Shown: positions 15,400-28,756, numbered from the stretch's first letter. The stretch is DNA of 64,000 bases from Callorhinchus milii (GCF_018977255.1 NW_024704742.1:109494001-109558000); one strand, 5' to 3'. A program made the numbers and translations. The notes: generated from the sequence alone by a model not told the origin.

Positions 15400-16325
15400 A
15401 TCTACTTCTCCAGCTGTGACTCAAGGTCCTCTGATGTTCTGTCAACTTGTTTGGCAGACATCGGGGCCTGGATGAGCACAAACTTCCTGCAGATGAATGT
15501 TGACCAGACGGAAGCCATACTCCTTGTCTCCTGTCAACATCTACTCTCCTGCTGCTCTGTCCTCCTCAACCTCCCCGATCTATTTCCAAGACTCAGTGAC
15601 CTAATGGACAACTTAGGTGTCAACTGACCTTCCTTACCCCTCATCTGATCCCTGGCTAGGACTGCTTTCCTTCACCTCCCATACTGCCTGGCTCCGACCG
15701 TATTTACCCCAAACACAGCTGAAACCCTCTTCAATGTGTTCTCCCTCCTCACCACTCCACAATCCACAAACTCAGTTAATCCAAAATTCTGCCATCTGCA
15801 TCCTCACCTGCACTAAACTCCATATGCCCATCACACTAGATCTTACCAGTGGCTCCCTATCACCGAACAGATTGATTGCAAGATCCTCACACACTTCTTC
15901 AAAATCCCTTCATGCCCTGGTACCTCTCCAACTCTCTGACTTGTTTACTCCCCAATCGACTACCCATCACCTCCACTTGACTGGCTCCAGCCTCTTGCTT
16001 GCCCCTTGTGCCCTCCGTTCCACCATCAGCAGCCGCTTTTTCAGCCACTACGCCCCCAAACACTGGAACACTCTCCCTCAATTCCTCCGTCTTGTCTCCT
16101 CCTTCCCCATCTCAGGTCGAACCTGAAGACTAAACTCTTCAACTGTGCTTGCAGTCATATACCCACCCCTGGCTCGGTGTCAGGTTCCGCTACTTTCAAG
16201 AGCTCTGAGATGCTTTATTTCTTCAGGGGAAATCAGTCATACATAGGAATGTACAGGATGATAAAATATACATATAGTATATTTGGCAGACCCTGCATGA
16301 GGGGCACTTTATAAATGCTGTTGCT
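15400..16325 (+). mobile_element. Degenerate L2 fragment
   Basis: WMSTNFLQMN, LIQNSA and FSHYAPKHWN remnants in shifting frames. Confidence 0.8.
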
Positions 16326-18233
16326 GTTTAATCCGCATAATTCATATCTTCCACAAATTTAAAAACCTGGAACGTATTTCCTGCATTTAAAAAAAAAACT
16401 CAGCTAACATCTTCATCTCCTGAGTCATTTTCACGCCTCTTCTCCAAACTCTTTCCAATGCTTCATCATCGCACTTCTGAACATAGGGTAGTGCGAAATG
16501 ACCACATTAGATCCCAAATGCAACCTCACCAATGATCTCAATGCGTTTGTAACCTCTATGATCTATTAATTTACAGGTAAAGCTTTATAGATTAAATGTA
16601 ATATCAATCAACTTCTTTGACAGCAGCTTCCCTTTGACTGAAAATCTTCAGTGAATCATACTGCCCAAAATTTCTAAATAGTTATTTATTTTAGACACAA
16701 TTTTTTGTTACAAGATTACTTTACCTCCATTTGGTCAAGAAGTTCACATTGCTATACATAATCACATTATTCATCTACCCTAGTGTCATTAAATATATAG
16801 TAAAAACAGCTATAGAATACCACTATCAGCACATTCGGCATTATTTTTCCACCATGGTGTCATTAGTTGAGGTTACACAAGCTTTGTCCTGTTTTCCCTC
16901 GGTTTATATTTGATTATCAAACTATTGTTCAGTTGAAATATTGATTAGCAAAGGTTTAATTTTTTGGTTGAAAGAAATACAGCTGATTTTAATTTCTGCA
17001 TTGATTACCCAAATTAAAACTGGACAAAGCAATCTGAAGACTGCCATAATCTCAGCAATTCTTCACCTTCAACATATAAACTCCTTAGATTCTCCAAATC
17101 ACTTTCCTGAGCATGTTCCAGTTAATGGTATTAATGGCACATCAACCTCAAAAATCATGCACACTTGACCTGGAAACCATAAGGGAGTGTTTAATTTCAA
17201 AGTGGCCTGGAGCAGAGGGAAACGTGAGGCTCACATGAGGATGTCTACTTTAATATTTTTGGTTAAATAGATGCCACTAATAGCAATGTTTAAATGGATT
17301 ATATTCACTCCTAGAGGAAAGTGGGGGGCGGGAAGAGACCTTTTTCCCATGAACACATTTTACCCTTGAAGGAATCAGATGACTGTCCATAGATTTGTCT
17401 GCACTGCACTTTTTGTCTACACTTCATTGTCTGCATTTCACAAGGGGATGGCCTGTTCTCTTAGCAAAAAAAATTCTAGGCAATTGCTCATACACATCAG
17501 TAACTATTTGATATAACATCTTTTATTGGAACCTTTGATGTAAAAATCTCAAGACCAAAGTTAAGTTTCATTGAGAATCAGCTGCAGTTGCACTGCATCT
17601 AGATCTAATAAAAAAATTCTCCATTCTCTACAGTGCAGCTATCTCTCATTCTCTATTATATAATATATAATATATACATACAAATTCAGAACAATTTCAA
17701 AACATTTAACAACAATATTGTGATTGGCTTGTCTTCATTTTTTAAGATTTTACAATTTTGCAAAATAAAGATGAAATTAAATTCACCCTTGTATCAGTAC
17801 TATAAACATACAAACTAGAAGTTTTCCAATGTGGCATGGAGTCTAGAGCAAGAGAAACAAAAGTTAAATATAAATGAAATGGTTTTTAACCATGCTTTTC
17901 ACAAAGCAAATACTGTGCAACTTAAACGTAACACTTCCCACAATAGAAAAAGTATTATGATTTTTTGTCTCTGCTTCCCAATGTCACATTTTCCCAAGCA
18001 TGGATACAGAAACAGTCTTGGATCTTTCCAAATGAATATCTTTTAATTTTGCAAATTTGTAGAAAATATACTAATTGTAACTAAAACATTAAAAGCAATC
18101 CCAAATCCACTTTTAACTTGTACCTTCCAATTCTATTCATGTTAGTCCTTATTCAGAGAATATTTCCACCGTAGATCAAATATTCTTTATCGGTAGTTTT
18201 ACAGTAGCTCAAAATAGTCTTCTTGTTTCAGAA

Positions 18234-18721
18234 TTAAAATTTAACGACCATGGACTCCATATGCAATAACAGGAACTCTGTCTGTGTTCCAAGTACCACA
18301 GAAGTGTTCCTCAGATTATCTAGCACCTGCTGGATATACTTTGGAAGTTCCTCGTAGACTTTAATATCTTCAATATACTGCACCATCAGCTTGCCGGGAA
18401 AGCATTTGGAGAGATTCTCAAACCCATCCTTCCCTGCAAATGAAACTCGATTCAAAGTTGAATTTTCATCATTCAACTCGTGCCAAATTAAAGATAAGTT
18501 ATGATTATCAATGTAGTTCTTCAGAAGTATCGACCACAGATAAGTACTAGGCTCAGTTTGAGGAGGATTAATGTCTGTATTCACATTTCCAAATTTGCTT
18601 TCAGCAGCTTCCACTATTCCAACTTCACTAATAGCAGAGTGATTGTTCTTTAGCTGTGGACAATCAATATGTTCTCGGGGTGTTTTTCCTAGGCGGTCTT
18701 GTTGCTGTGGCAAAACAGATC
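18234..18721 (-). CDS. SLF1: SLF1 terminal coding exon
   Basis: cctacAG acceptor in phase 1. (G)SVLPQQQDRLGKTPREHIDCPQLK...YIEDIKVYEELPKYIQQVLDNL..GTQTEFLLLHMESMVVKF* resembles human GPVLLQQRNAKGELPLDYV...GVHTEALMITLEMM. TAA at 18234-18236. Confidence 0.9.
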
Positions 18722-21700
18722 CTGTAGGAACAATGACATGTATTAATACTTATGGCATTTACACATGAGTGAAAAGAAAACACTGTTTTAGTCACTTCGG
18801 GCTCATTTGTAACCACTTTAGGCAGTAACTAACGCTGACACAATTAACTTGTTATAGTGTATTCTGGCTGCCGAGGGAAAGTGTTTTAAAACTGATTTAG
18901 TCTACAGTAAATACCTAGGTGAATCACCGATCATAACAGTGAGCAAATCAGTGACAGAAAATTCCAGTGCCTGATTTCCCATATTCTATTGCCTTCCTCA
19001 CTTCATTTAATTATTTTTTAAAATTTCTTTTTATTAAGAATAATCAGTAAATAGAGAGCATAGGCAATTAAGGTAATTACCAGGGGTAGGCATTACATTT
19101 TTTTGTTATTTATTTATCAACCATAGTGCAATCTATTAACTGAACAACATTTCATTTCTTATATTGATGCATGTTATGTGTTATTCATACCATGTTACAG
19201 AAAGGATGATAATTGAAACATTGCAAAGTGTTGCAGCATCACAGACAAATGCCACATATAGTATCACAGGTGCAGCAAAAAGTTTTGATCCATGTGTACT
19301 TATGCCAAGGCGTATAACATAAGAAATGATAGATGAAAAAAAGACCAAGGGTCCATCTAGTTCGCCTTCCACCTTCCTGGCGGTCGCATGGACATGTCCT
19401 GAACCACCTATGTACTATATCTCATAATGTTATTTCCTAACCTGTTCCACAGGTTTAAAAACTAAATGCAAGTTTAAAAACTAAACACAGCAAAACCATA
19501 CATGTCTAGTCTAACCATTAGTTTTGTAAAATACAAAATTCTACTTTTATTTTTTCAATTGGTATAGTGTAAATTTGTTGAATAAATCAAGTGATGCATA
19601 ATGGACAATGGGTTTAATATCTACCATCCCAGTGATCAGTAAACTAATGAACTCAGAATTTTCAGGTTACATTATTTAACGAACTAACTTTGAATAGATC
19701 GGGATTGCATGACAAAATAGGTCAGAAAACTCTTCCACAATCTCTGCGAAAGGCAGAGGTTGCATACATCCCTGCTTAGAAATAAGTGAGATCAATTTGG
19801 TCAGCTTTAATCCAACTCCTAGTGGGTATGAATAAAAAGCACAGTGCCAACAAAGATGACCACAAAACAATGGCCTACTGGAATAGTAGAAGCATTCTTA
19901 AATCAGGGTTTGCAATGGAAGTGCAGAGAATGCTTTATCTGGCATCAAACTTCTGAAAATAATCGATGAAAATAGACCTCCAGCAATTTCCCTTTCGGAA
20001 GCATAAATGTTAAGGAAACTTACACATCGCCCATACCAGAAATACTCCCGAATGCACAGCATTACCAACTATTAATGATTTTTCCTTTTTGGACACCTGT
20101 AATCAGCCCTCAGAATGATCTGAAGTGATGCCTCTGATGGAAATGAACAATATTACTTTGAGATGGTGAACCAAACTGAACCCAATCCCCAAACCATTGG
20201 AATGACTTCACAAGTGAGAAACTGAAAAAGACCAATGCATAAAGAATGCAGAAAAAGTTTAACAGAAGTATCTGAGCTGGTAATATTTCAAAACAGTTTA
20301 CAATGTATCTGGGAGGGGGAGATGAATAATAATAATCCATATACTTGGTATAACACCTTTCATGTCCCAAAGTGCTGTAAAGAATATGCTGTAGGGTGTT
20401 GCGACTGTGTGTTTTGTGAATGAACGAGACAGCAAAATTGTGCATAGCAATGTCCCACAAACAGCCAATTCATATTCATATTAAATGACCAATTTTAGTT
20501 GGGGCATTGTTGGGCAGGACATTGGGATAAACTCTTCTCTTTTCTAATAGCGCCATAGGATCTTTAAAGTCCATTTGAACAGGCATATGGGCCTTGGTTT
20601 AATGTATCATCTGAAGGACAGCATCTCCAACAATGCAGCACTCCCCTAGCACTACACTCTAGTGCCAGTTTAGACTATATGAGTTACAAGCCCTGGTGAG
20701 TGCCTAAACCCATAACCTTCTAACTCAGAGGCGAGAATTTGATACATCTTATACAATATTTTATCATGCAGAAGGTAGCAGCCTCTGATAAGCAGAACAC
20801 AGAATAACCAAACTGAAAATCTGAACAAAGTGATCCTGGCTTGACAAGCCAAAACCGAGATTGCGACAAAAATATGACTGTGGATAAGCCTTCACACACA
20901 TTTTACAATTCCCAGCAGATCAAGCGCTTGCAGATCTCTTATCACATGACAATAAATGCCAGCCCTTCCTATTCTTTTCAATGCCCTGGAACATATACAT
21001 GTCAGCAGTCTGCCATTGCCCATTGAGGAACAGGACATGATATGATATTGGCTTTCATATCACCGAGTCCAAATATTGGCTTGGCATGTCAACTGCCTAG
21101 CATCCACATAAATTAGATACTTGTGGGCTTAAACCTCCTCCATGACTAAAGAGTAAATGAACAATACCGGCAACGGGGGATGAGCAAAGGAAATCAGGTT
21201 TGCATCAACAATACTCTAAGTTAAAAAGAACCATTAGGGGGCAGGAGAGAACTTCAGAATTGACAACTTAAAAATCAGGCTTGATGCAACAGTCTCACTA
21301 TATTGAGGTTTTAATAAAGGCCAAGAAATGTGAGAAAAACAAAATAGTGGTAAAATGTTATTCACTTCTAACTTTGTTCAGTAGATCTGCATTTGTATCA
21401 TTTACCAAATATATTTTTCTGTGCCTTATACTGCATTTCAAATAAAGAAAATGTAATGCCTTTATATTCCTTAGCAAAATAGAGTTCATAAAATTATTCA
21501 GAATTATATTCTGGATTCTTGCACCACATCACACAAAACTAAAAAGATTAAATTAACTATTAATCTCTTAAATTAACTACAAATTTGCAGTAAGGAAGTA
21601 AAAGTTTGTAAGATCTCCCTTAAAAGCATCATCTTTCAGCTTACGTTTTACAAATTAACATTCACTATTAAACCTTTGTAGAAATTAGTGTAATAAAGCA

Positions 21701-22759
21701 AATGCTTAATCTAAGGGTTTACCCAGAACAGGGTCAGTATATTTGACACATTTCTATTTACTAGTTTGCCACTTTTTGTGGTGCCTTTTCAAGCTCTTTC
21801 AATTTAAAACAAAAAAACTAGTTTTTTTTAATGTCACCCAGCTCATTTCTCATATTATCCATTTTCAAATTATTTTCAGTTATGTAACACGTTTCACGTT
21901 CCTTTCCATTCAATGTTTGAACTGCATCAAACACACAAAAAATGCGACATGAATGGTTGATCAGTCAGACAACAGCAATCTCCAGCATTTGTTTTCATTT
22001 ATATCAGGAAACAATCAAATTTTGGAACATCCTGTAATTGCCGATTTTGATTGAATTAATCTCAATTAGAGTAATTTCCTGCTGGATTAGTCATCCACCT
22101 GCAATAGTGTTTTTTTTTCAGCTTTAAAGTATTTACAGTCTGAATCGCATTTAAAAAGTAAATTGAAGTAATTTTATTGTTCTTTCCCTTATTTTCATGT
22201 CATAGCCTCATTTTGCAGAAGGTGTGCATGTGCCGTTTCCAAAGGTCTGTCTGCACTTAATCATAAAGAGTACAAAACACGGGACCTAGTTACATTTAGA
22301 CTCCTTTTCCAAGTGCATAGCTTTTATTTTGCACGGTATTCCCTCCCTCCATGGGATGGCAACGTATGGAGTTACATTTCACACTCCGAAGTCTTGAGCA
22401 ATAGAATGCAACTCAACATTTTTAAATATTAGGCAAAGTGCTGATTTTCCTAAGCAAATTGAGGCGACATCTATTAATTGGAACAGAAAATCTTATCTTA
22501 AGAAGCAAATAAATTGTCGACTGTTTTTTGCAAATAAAACAGAATCCTGTTAATAACATGCGTTCATTATAAGGCAGGTTCCCTTACAGCCTGTGATTGG
22601 GGTGTGGACCCTGACACACATCAGAACAAAAAAAAATGCTTGCAGAAAGTCACCACGCTTGCTTCAAATCGCATTATTTTGCTTCAAAATATCAGCCGCC
22701 TTCACTGCACAAAAGAACAAGTCTGGCCCCTGGATTGTTAGGTCTCCAATGTCGCTTCC

Positions 22760-22952
22760 TGTGCAGTGCCGTAGGAAGAGCCGTTGGCGACGATCTGACA
22801 ATCTGGAACTCTGCCATTTTTTAAGCATTGGAAGCCAGCTGGCTTTCTGCAGTAATGTGAAGTGAATGTGGAAGCAACAACCAGTGATTTCACGAATACA
22901 CCCTATGCAGCCATGGTTATGGCTCCATGCAGTGGCGACCAGCCAGTAAGGA
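22760..22952 (-). pseudogene. SLF1: Decayed SLF1 exon for ankyrin repeats 2-3 (pseudo-exon)
   Basis: The AG acceptor (22953-22954) leads into (V)LTGWSPLHGA, then a 1-nt shift. The spliced frame hits TAG at 22903-22905. The shifted frame continues HNHGCIGCIREI (human DNAGWTPLHEACNYGNTVCVQEI). CLKNGRV and RLFLRHC remnants lie in alternating frames. No GT donor at the expected end. Confidence 0.8.
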
Positions 22953-23255
22953 CTACAAGTACATACGACACTATAATATGGGTTTACATTAAAAGTGGTA
23001 AAATTCTTCTAAACCCACAGTTTTAATAATAGGGTGGAGGGGAAATAGAATTTTTCAAAATTGTTCCCCCCAAATAACTGATATGAACTGACTCAACTCA
23101 CATGCCTGCCATAATATTCAATGAATTTATACAGAAAAATGCTATTGGATCTCAAAGTCATTCATCAACAAGGTACACCTATTTGAGGATCCTCCTTTTG
23201 CAATTAAGTTGTAAGTCAATTTATACATATGGGTACAGATTTTCAGGGTGCATAC

Positions 23256-23348
23256 CTTTGAGATTGATGTCAGTATCAGTCACTGATTGAAGTTTGCTGA
23301 CCTTTTCCATTTTATGCTGTACACAGTCATTGTGCAGGTGTATTTCTC
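23256..23348 (-). CDS. SLF1: SLF1 coding exon 15 (divergent first ankyrin repeat)
   Basis: (G)EIHLHNDCVQHKMEKVSKLQSVTDTDINLK resembles human GETALHRACINNQVEKL..GIDINVK. ccAG/GTATG, phase 1-1, open but with an eroded ankyrin consensus. Confidence 0.78.
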
Positions 23349-24912
23349 CTGGCAGTGGGAAGAAAGGAATACATTTCAACAGGCAAGATTTCAAACCAGT
23401 CAAATAAGCAAATCACTGAAGGATTCTTTAATATGCTGGCAATTGGCCAAGATATCCACACTCTAATTTCAAGCCAAGCTGTTTTTTTCTGATGTCAGCA
23501 CATACTAGTTTGTTCCCATCAGTTTCACAGTAACTATCATGTGGTCGAGAGTGACTGCAGTCAAGAAGTTACGCTACGTGGATTTAGTACAATGTTTTCA
23601 AAAGATTTTCTGCAGGAACAAGACTTCAGATAATTCCAGTCACATATCCTCAAACAATCCAAAACAGCTGGCAGTACCAGAGAGAAATGCTCTCTGGTTA
23701 ACATGGTCACCTGATTTCCCAGATTCATTTGTTAATCCAATGCATTTATTAAACAAACGTCTGTATTTCAGAATGCATGTGAAAGTGTGGGTATTAAAGA
23801 ATTTAGTTCGTCAAGCACGAGTGCCGCCAAGCTTGCCAGTATTGTGTTGGAAATTCAGGTCAACTAATAACATGGTTTAGTAATCCACTGTGGGAGTCCT
23901 GACCAGATAAACTCTGCATTAAAGCATGCCACAAACTGAAAGGGGAAAAAGGTCAATGTTAAACAAGAATTGATGAAGATTTATCAGGACTTGTGCAATT
24001 TATGTGCAAGTTAGAACAGATGTCCAATTCTGCTACAGATAAAAAGGAGTCTTTTCAAAGCACATTTAAAAAGGTACAAATTTTGAGAGTCTAATTTTAT
24101 AGCTCAGTAGATATCCTGAATGCAGAAGGAGGAGTTCATGGGCTGTTACCGTGAAGGTGGAAGCAAAGTCTCTACATTAAAGTGAAGTTCTTTGTACGCT
24201 TGGTGGTCATTGGGAAGAGGTGGAGGGGGGGCGGGAAGAGAGAAAGAGAAGAGGAGAAAGAAAGAGGTTAGTACCCAAATGCACAATAACCAGAAAAGTT
24301 CAACCACAATTGTAGTGCAAGTTCAGATTTTTTAATAGTGAATGAAATCATGTACAAGATTAAATTGTCTGTGTATATATGATTTCTTCTTAGGAAGGTG
24401 GCAAAACAACAGAATTGCATTAGTTTTGCATGGTTACATATGCCACAAACAAAAAGTCAATCACTTGATATTCACTGTGCCATTCTTGACAGCCCACATA
24501 TGCATGGATTCAGAGAAAATAGACAAAATATGTAAGCTGCCAAGGGATCTTCTGACAGATAATATAGAGAGGGTAACTGTTGGGAGTTTAATAACAATAT
24601 TTTACTTCAAAAGTTTCTAAGAATCACTTTCACAAGTTGAATGAACCAGGATTAAGCACAATATTTGACTCACACTTTGTTTTGCTATCAAATATTGTAC
24701 ATTTTCATTATACACAAGGACCAATTTTTGCAGTGCAAATTCTAACATTACAGATTATCGATATTCTGCTTTTTAATACTTGGTAAGTAGCAATATGATT
24801 TTATTGTAGTTTATTATGTATTAAAACTATAATTTTTTTAGGGAAGGGTGATCAACACCCATTTCTAATATTCAGTTAGACATAGAGGAGTCCTGTATGT
24901 GTATGTAGACAT

Positions 24913-25243
24913 GTGGAGTCCTGTAGCTCAGTGGTTAGAACACTCGCTTTGCAAGCGAGAGACCTGTGTTCAATTCCAGGCAGAGGGCGAAACCTTGGGC
25001 AAGTTTCCTTACTCCACACAGAGCCTAATAATAATCCCTCCAAAACCAAAAACAATAATAAATTGGTCATTTTCAATCTACAACTGTTTGTGGGACATTG
25101 CTGTGCGCAATTGGCTGCCGCGTTCGCCCACAAATATACAGTCAATTCACTTTACAGTGTGTTCTGTGAAGCGCTTTGGGACGTCCTCCCGACGTGAAAA
25201 GTGCTATATCAAATGCAAGGATTATTATTATTATTATTATTAT
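24913..25243 (+). mobile_element. Full-length tRNA-Ala-derived SINE, young subfamily
   Basis: A-box TAGCTCAGTGG, TGC anticodon stem-loop, B-box-like GTTCAATTCC, Deu-type body (ttgctgtgcgcaattggctgccgcg), L2-like tail and (ATT)n end. Confidence 0.9.
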
Positions 25244-26154
25244 AGAGGCATTTGAAAGTGAGGATGAGAATCTCGAATTCAACCTGCTGCGGAATAGGGA
25301 GCTGGCAGAGCTGAGTGAGGATTATGGAGTCTGATGCAGAAGATGGTACAGGCTATAGATCTGGTCAGTCTGCAATTTATGTAGGGAAGCCTGGGGAGGG
25401 AATCAAGTAATGGACCCTGGAGGCTGGTGATGAAGGTATGACTGAGGGTGTCAGCAGCTCAGATTCATATTGAAATCATTGGAATTCAGAAGTAATTTTT
25501 TTAAACTTTTTTTAGTCCAGATCAAAAATCTCTCCAAAAAATCTTTTAAAATCAATATTGTTATTCAGTGACCCAAAGTGCTGCATAAATTTATCATCTA
25601 GCAAACACCTCAGCGGAAATTGACCCTTTAATAATTCCAAATATGTTGATTCTGGAATGGTTGGGTCTATCACGTCCTTCATTAGTTCTTTATCCTGAAA
25701 AGATCTTAAAAAAGTATTCGCCAAAACTTTTTGATACTGTGCATAATCACATGGTTTCCTCTAATACTTTCCCGGCAACATCCACCTTCAGGTTTATAAA
25801 GATTGCCATTTCAAACATGAATTAGGGATGGCAGATAATCTTCAATACAAGGATAGTGCCTTGAGCAAGTTCCTTCTCAATGTGATAGACACCATTCAGA
25901 TAGTCAGTTACTTTGTGGGCTACCGTTTGTTTTGTTTGGTTTCAGAGGAGCTCCTTGAACCTCTATGAGTAAATATTATATTTAACCAATTTACAGACTT
26001 AATAATCTTATAATAATCCTTGCATTTTGTATAGCGTCTTTCACATTGAGAGGACGTCTCAAATCACAGGATTACTGCCAACTGTAGTGACCATGTATTT
26101 TATAGACTTATCTGTTTAAAAATCTGAGGAACTGGAAGGAAAGAAGATTCTGAG

Positions 26155-26585
26155 ATAATAATAATATTCCTTGCATTTGATATAGCATCTAATCTCGTCT
26201 TCGGACATCTCAAAGCACTTCACAGAATATAATGTAAAGTGAATTGACTGCATATTTTGTGGGCGAAATGCGGTAGCCAATTGGGCACAGCAGTGTCCCA
26301 CAAACAGTCATAGATTGAGTGACCAAATTACAATACAAAATTACATTTGCAAAGGGCCTTTCACATCGGGAGGACGTCTCAAGGTGCTGAAATTATTATT
26401 ATTTTTTTTTGTAGGGATTATTATCCCCAGAAAAGTGATCGACTAACAACTGGGTTCCTACTTACTGCTAAACAGAGGCATGTGGATGAAGGAAAGTTGC
26501 CCGACGTTTCGCCCTGCCCGGGAATCAAACCCAGATCCTCTCGCTTGCGAGGCGAGTGCCTAACTACTAAGCTACAGGACTCCAC
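26155..26585 (-). mobile_element. tRNA-Ala SINE, longer/older subfamily, with a nested L2 3' tail
   Basis: Head gtggagtcctgtagc with CGC anticodon loop. Extra block gcctctgttt..agcagtaagtagg. L2 tail inserted at 26331-26389 between aaatta repeats. Confidence 0.85.
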
Positions 26586-28612
26586 AGAGATGCCTTTTCT
26601 ATCAGAGTATATTCAGTTTAAGAGTTTTAATCCTTATCTAAAGTGAAATAGGAAAGGATTTCAACAAGGATTCCCTTCAGTTACATCATTAAAGTATAAG
26701 ATTTAAACCTAGAATAGAGTTCATGTCAGAAATGAACTTTACACTCAGCTATTTCATAACATTAAGGAGCCATCTGAAAAGAAAGGTCAACCAAACACCC
26801 AGGAGAAAGCAATAAATTCAGAATTGGACCAAATAATAGAGTAGTAGAAACTGCATCAAATAATCTATCGAGTTAAGTATATTATTGATAGAATTTGGGC
26901 AAAGGAAGTATCATTCAATTTTTTATATTCAGACCAGAGTCTAATTTATATAGAAACATGGCACAGAGCTCATGGTTTCAGATTATGTCCATAAGACACT
27001 GAAGTGTCACATAAATTTACATCATCATGTGAACTCCGATTAAGTCATAAGCTTTATTACTTGCTTCTAATCACCAATAATTTTAAATGTTAGAATTTAG
27101 TGAACTTGTGAAATCAAAATATTGCTACGCTACTAATGTTAAAAACAACAAGATTACATTTGTATAGCGCCTTTCATGTCGGGAGGACGTCCCAATGTTA
27201 AATCGGTTTGTTAATTCTTACATTCATTTTTATTTGGGCTGTGAAGAGAGGCATAATCAAACTGGAAGTAGATGGTGACAAATGCACAGTATTTAATGCT
27301 TGGTTTATAATGCTGGCGATGATGTCCCACAATTTTTTTTAAAACAGTAGAAATATTTGGAGCAGAGAACTGATTTAGATTTCTCAGTCTCAACTACACT
27401 TACAGCCTAAAGAGTTGATTGGCTGTACAATCACCTTCAAAATACAGTCAATCCATTTTACAATGTATACTATGAAGCGCTTTGAGACATCTTAACGACC
27501 TGATAAGGTGCTATATCAAATGCAAGAATTATTATAAGAACATTAAAAATGCACTTTTAAAATTTCTTAGTTGTCCATTGGGCCAAATTGAAAGCAAATA
27601 TTATTTATATTTGACCACGGACATAGAAAACATTGATCCATATATTTTTATTTAAAGCAGAATTTTTGCCATTTGTGACACTGAATTGGTTAATTAAAAC
27701 TTATTTGAAATGAAATGCACCTAATTCAACCAAGACATTAATTTATAATTATTAAATCCAAATGTCTTGCTCATATCTCATTTGTGTGTTAATTCTTTGG
27801 ATTTTCCAATGCACAAAATCCAGGAGCATTGCTGAATTTACCGAAATGCAATACAATTTCTGTTTCAGTGACAATCCAAACTTAAAACAGGTCTCTTGAA
27901 AGCTATTTCTAATGCTGAAGCTGACCAGTTAGCAGAAAGGCACCATATCAAATTAAGTACAGAAAGCACAGAAATTAAGTACAGCCAGTGGTAAATGAAT
28001 TCTGATTTGAGAATCATACTGCTATATATTTACTATTTTCAACATTGTGCTTAGAAATCATATATTTTGGTAAAGAGAGGCATTCAGCCTATCGAGCCAT
28101 TTCATGCTAGTTCTCCACTATGGCTCTCAATTGTAATCCCATTTCCTTGCTCTTCCTTTTATATATTTAATCTTCATGCATTAATCTAATTGCCTTTTGG
28201 ATGTCATAACTGACTTAACTTCAATAGCCGCGTGTAATAATTTGCTCCACATCCAATAATTTAACATTTGCACTATTCAGACTTTCATTGAACTCATAGT
28301 AAAAGTCAGTGCACACTAATATCAAATTACCAGGTCAACTGTAATACGTTGTAAAAGATTAGTGAAAGTTCATTCTTCAGACAAGTATTACTGCCACGTG
28401 CATTTGCTGAAAAGCAACTTCTTCGTTTTTGGTCAATTGCAGTTAAGTGCAAGAAAATGCATTGTTTCTTGTGGAATAAACTCTTACGGAATAAAAGTAC
28501 ATGGTGGTAAAGAACATTTAGAGTAAACTACACACAAAACTATAGGAACAATATTGAATCAAAACTAGTACTGCTTAAGCCCCACTTGTAATCAAATAAA
28601 TTAAGCCTTTAC

Positions 28613-28719
28613 CTTTCAAATTTACTTTACACACATCTGTTTGGCTATATTGAATATCATTTGTGCTGTCGGATTCCAGAAAAGAATACTTCTTGGTTAC
28701 TAATGGGCAATTCTGTTTC
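28613..28719 (-). CDS. SLF1: SLF1 coding exon 14 (pre-ankyrin)
   Basis: KQNCPLVTKKYSFLESDSTNDIQYSQTDVCKVNLK(G) resembles human KENCPSVVKK..KTNLKG. Phase 2 to 1. Confidence 0.88.
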
Positions 28720-28756
28720 CTATGGATAAAAAGCAGAAACATTATCTCTCAGTGAT

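Noticed and set aside
17522..17527. Possible SLF1 polyadenylation signal (AATAAA on minus; ATTAAA at 18042-18047)
   Set aside because: These hexamers are common in AT-rich DNA and cannot be assigned without 3'-end data.
24913..24990. tRNA-Ala-like genes (also at 34839, 50460, 26510-26585)
   Set aside because: There is no proper acceptor stem or Pol III terminator. Each continues into the same SINE body and (ATT)n tail, so these are SINE heads.
25512..25750. Protein-looking minus-strand ORF (..ANTFLRSFQDKELMKDVIDPTIPESTYLELLKGQFPLRCLLDDKF..) in an SLF1 intron
   Set aside because: No family recognised, an upstream in-frame stop, and no convincing in-phase splice acceptor. A BLASTx search would be needed to revive it.
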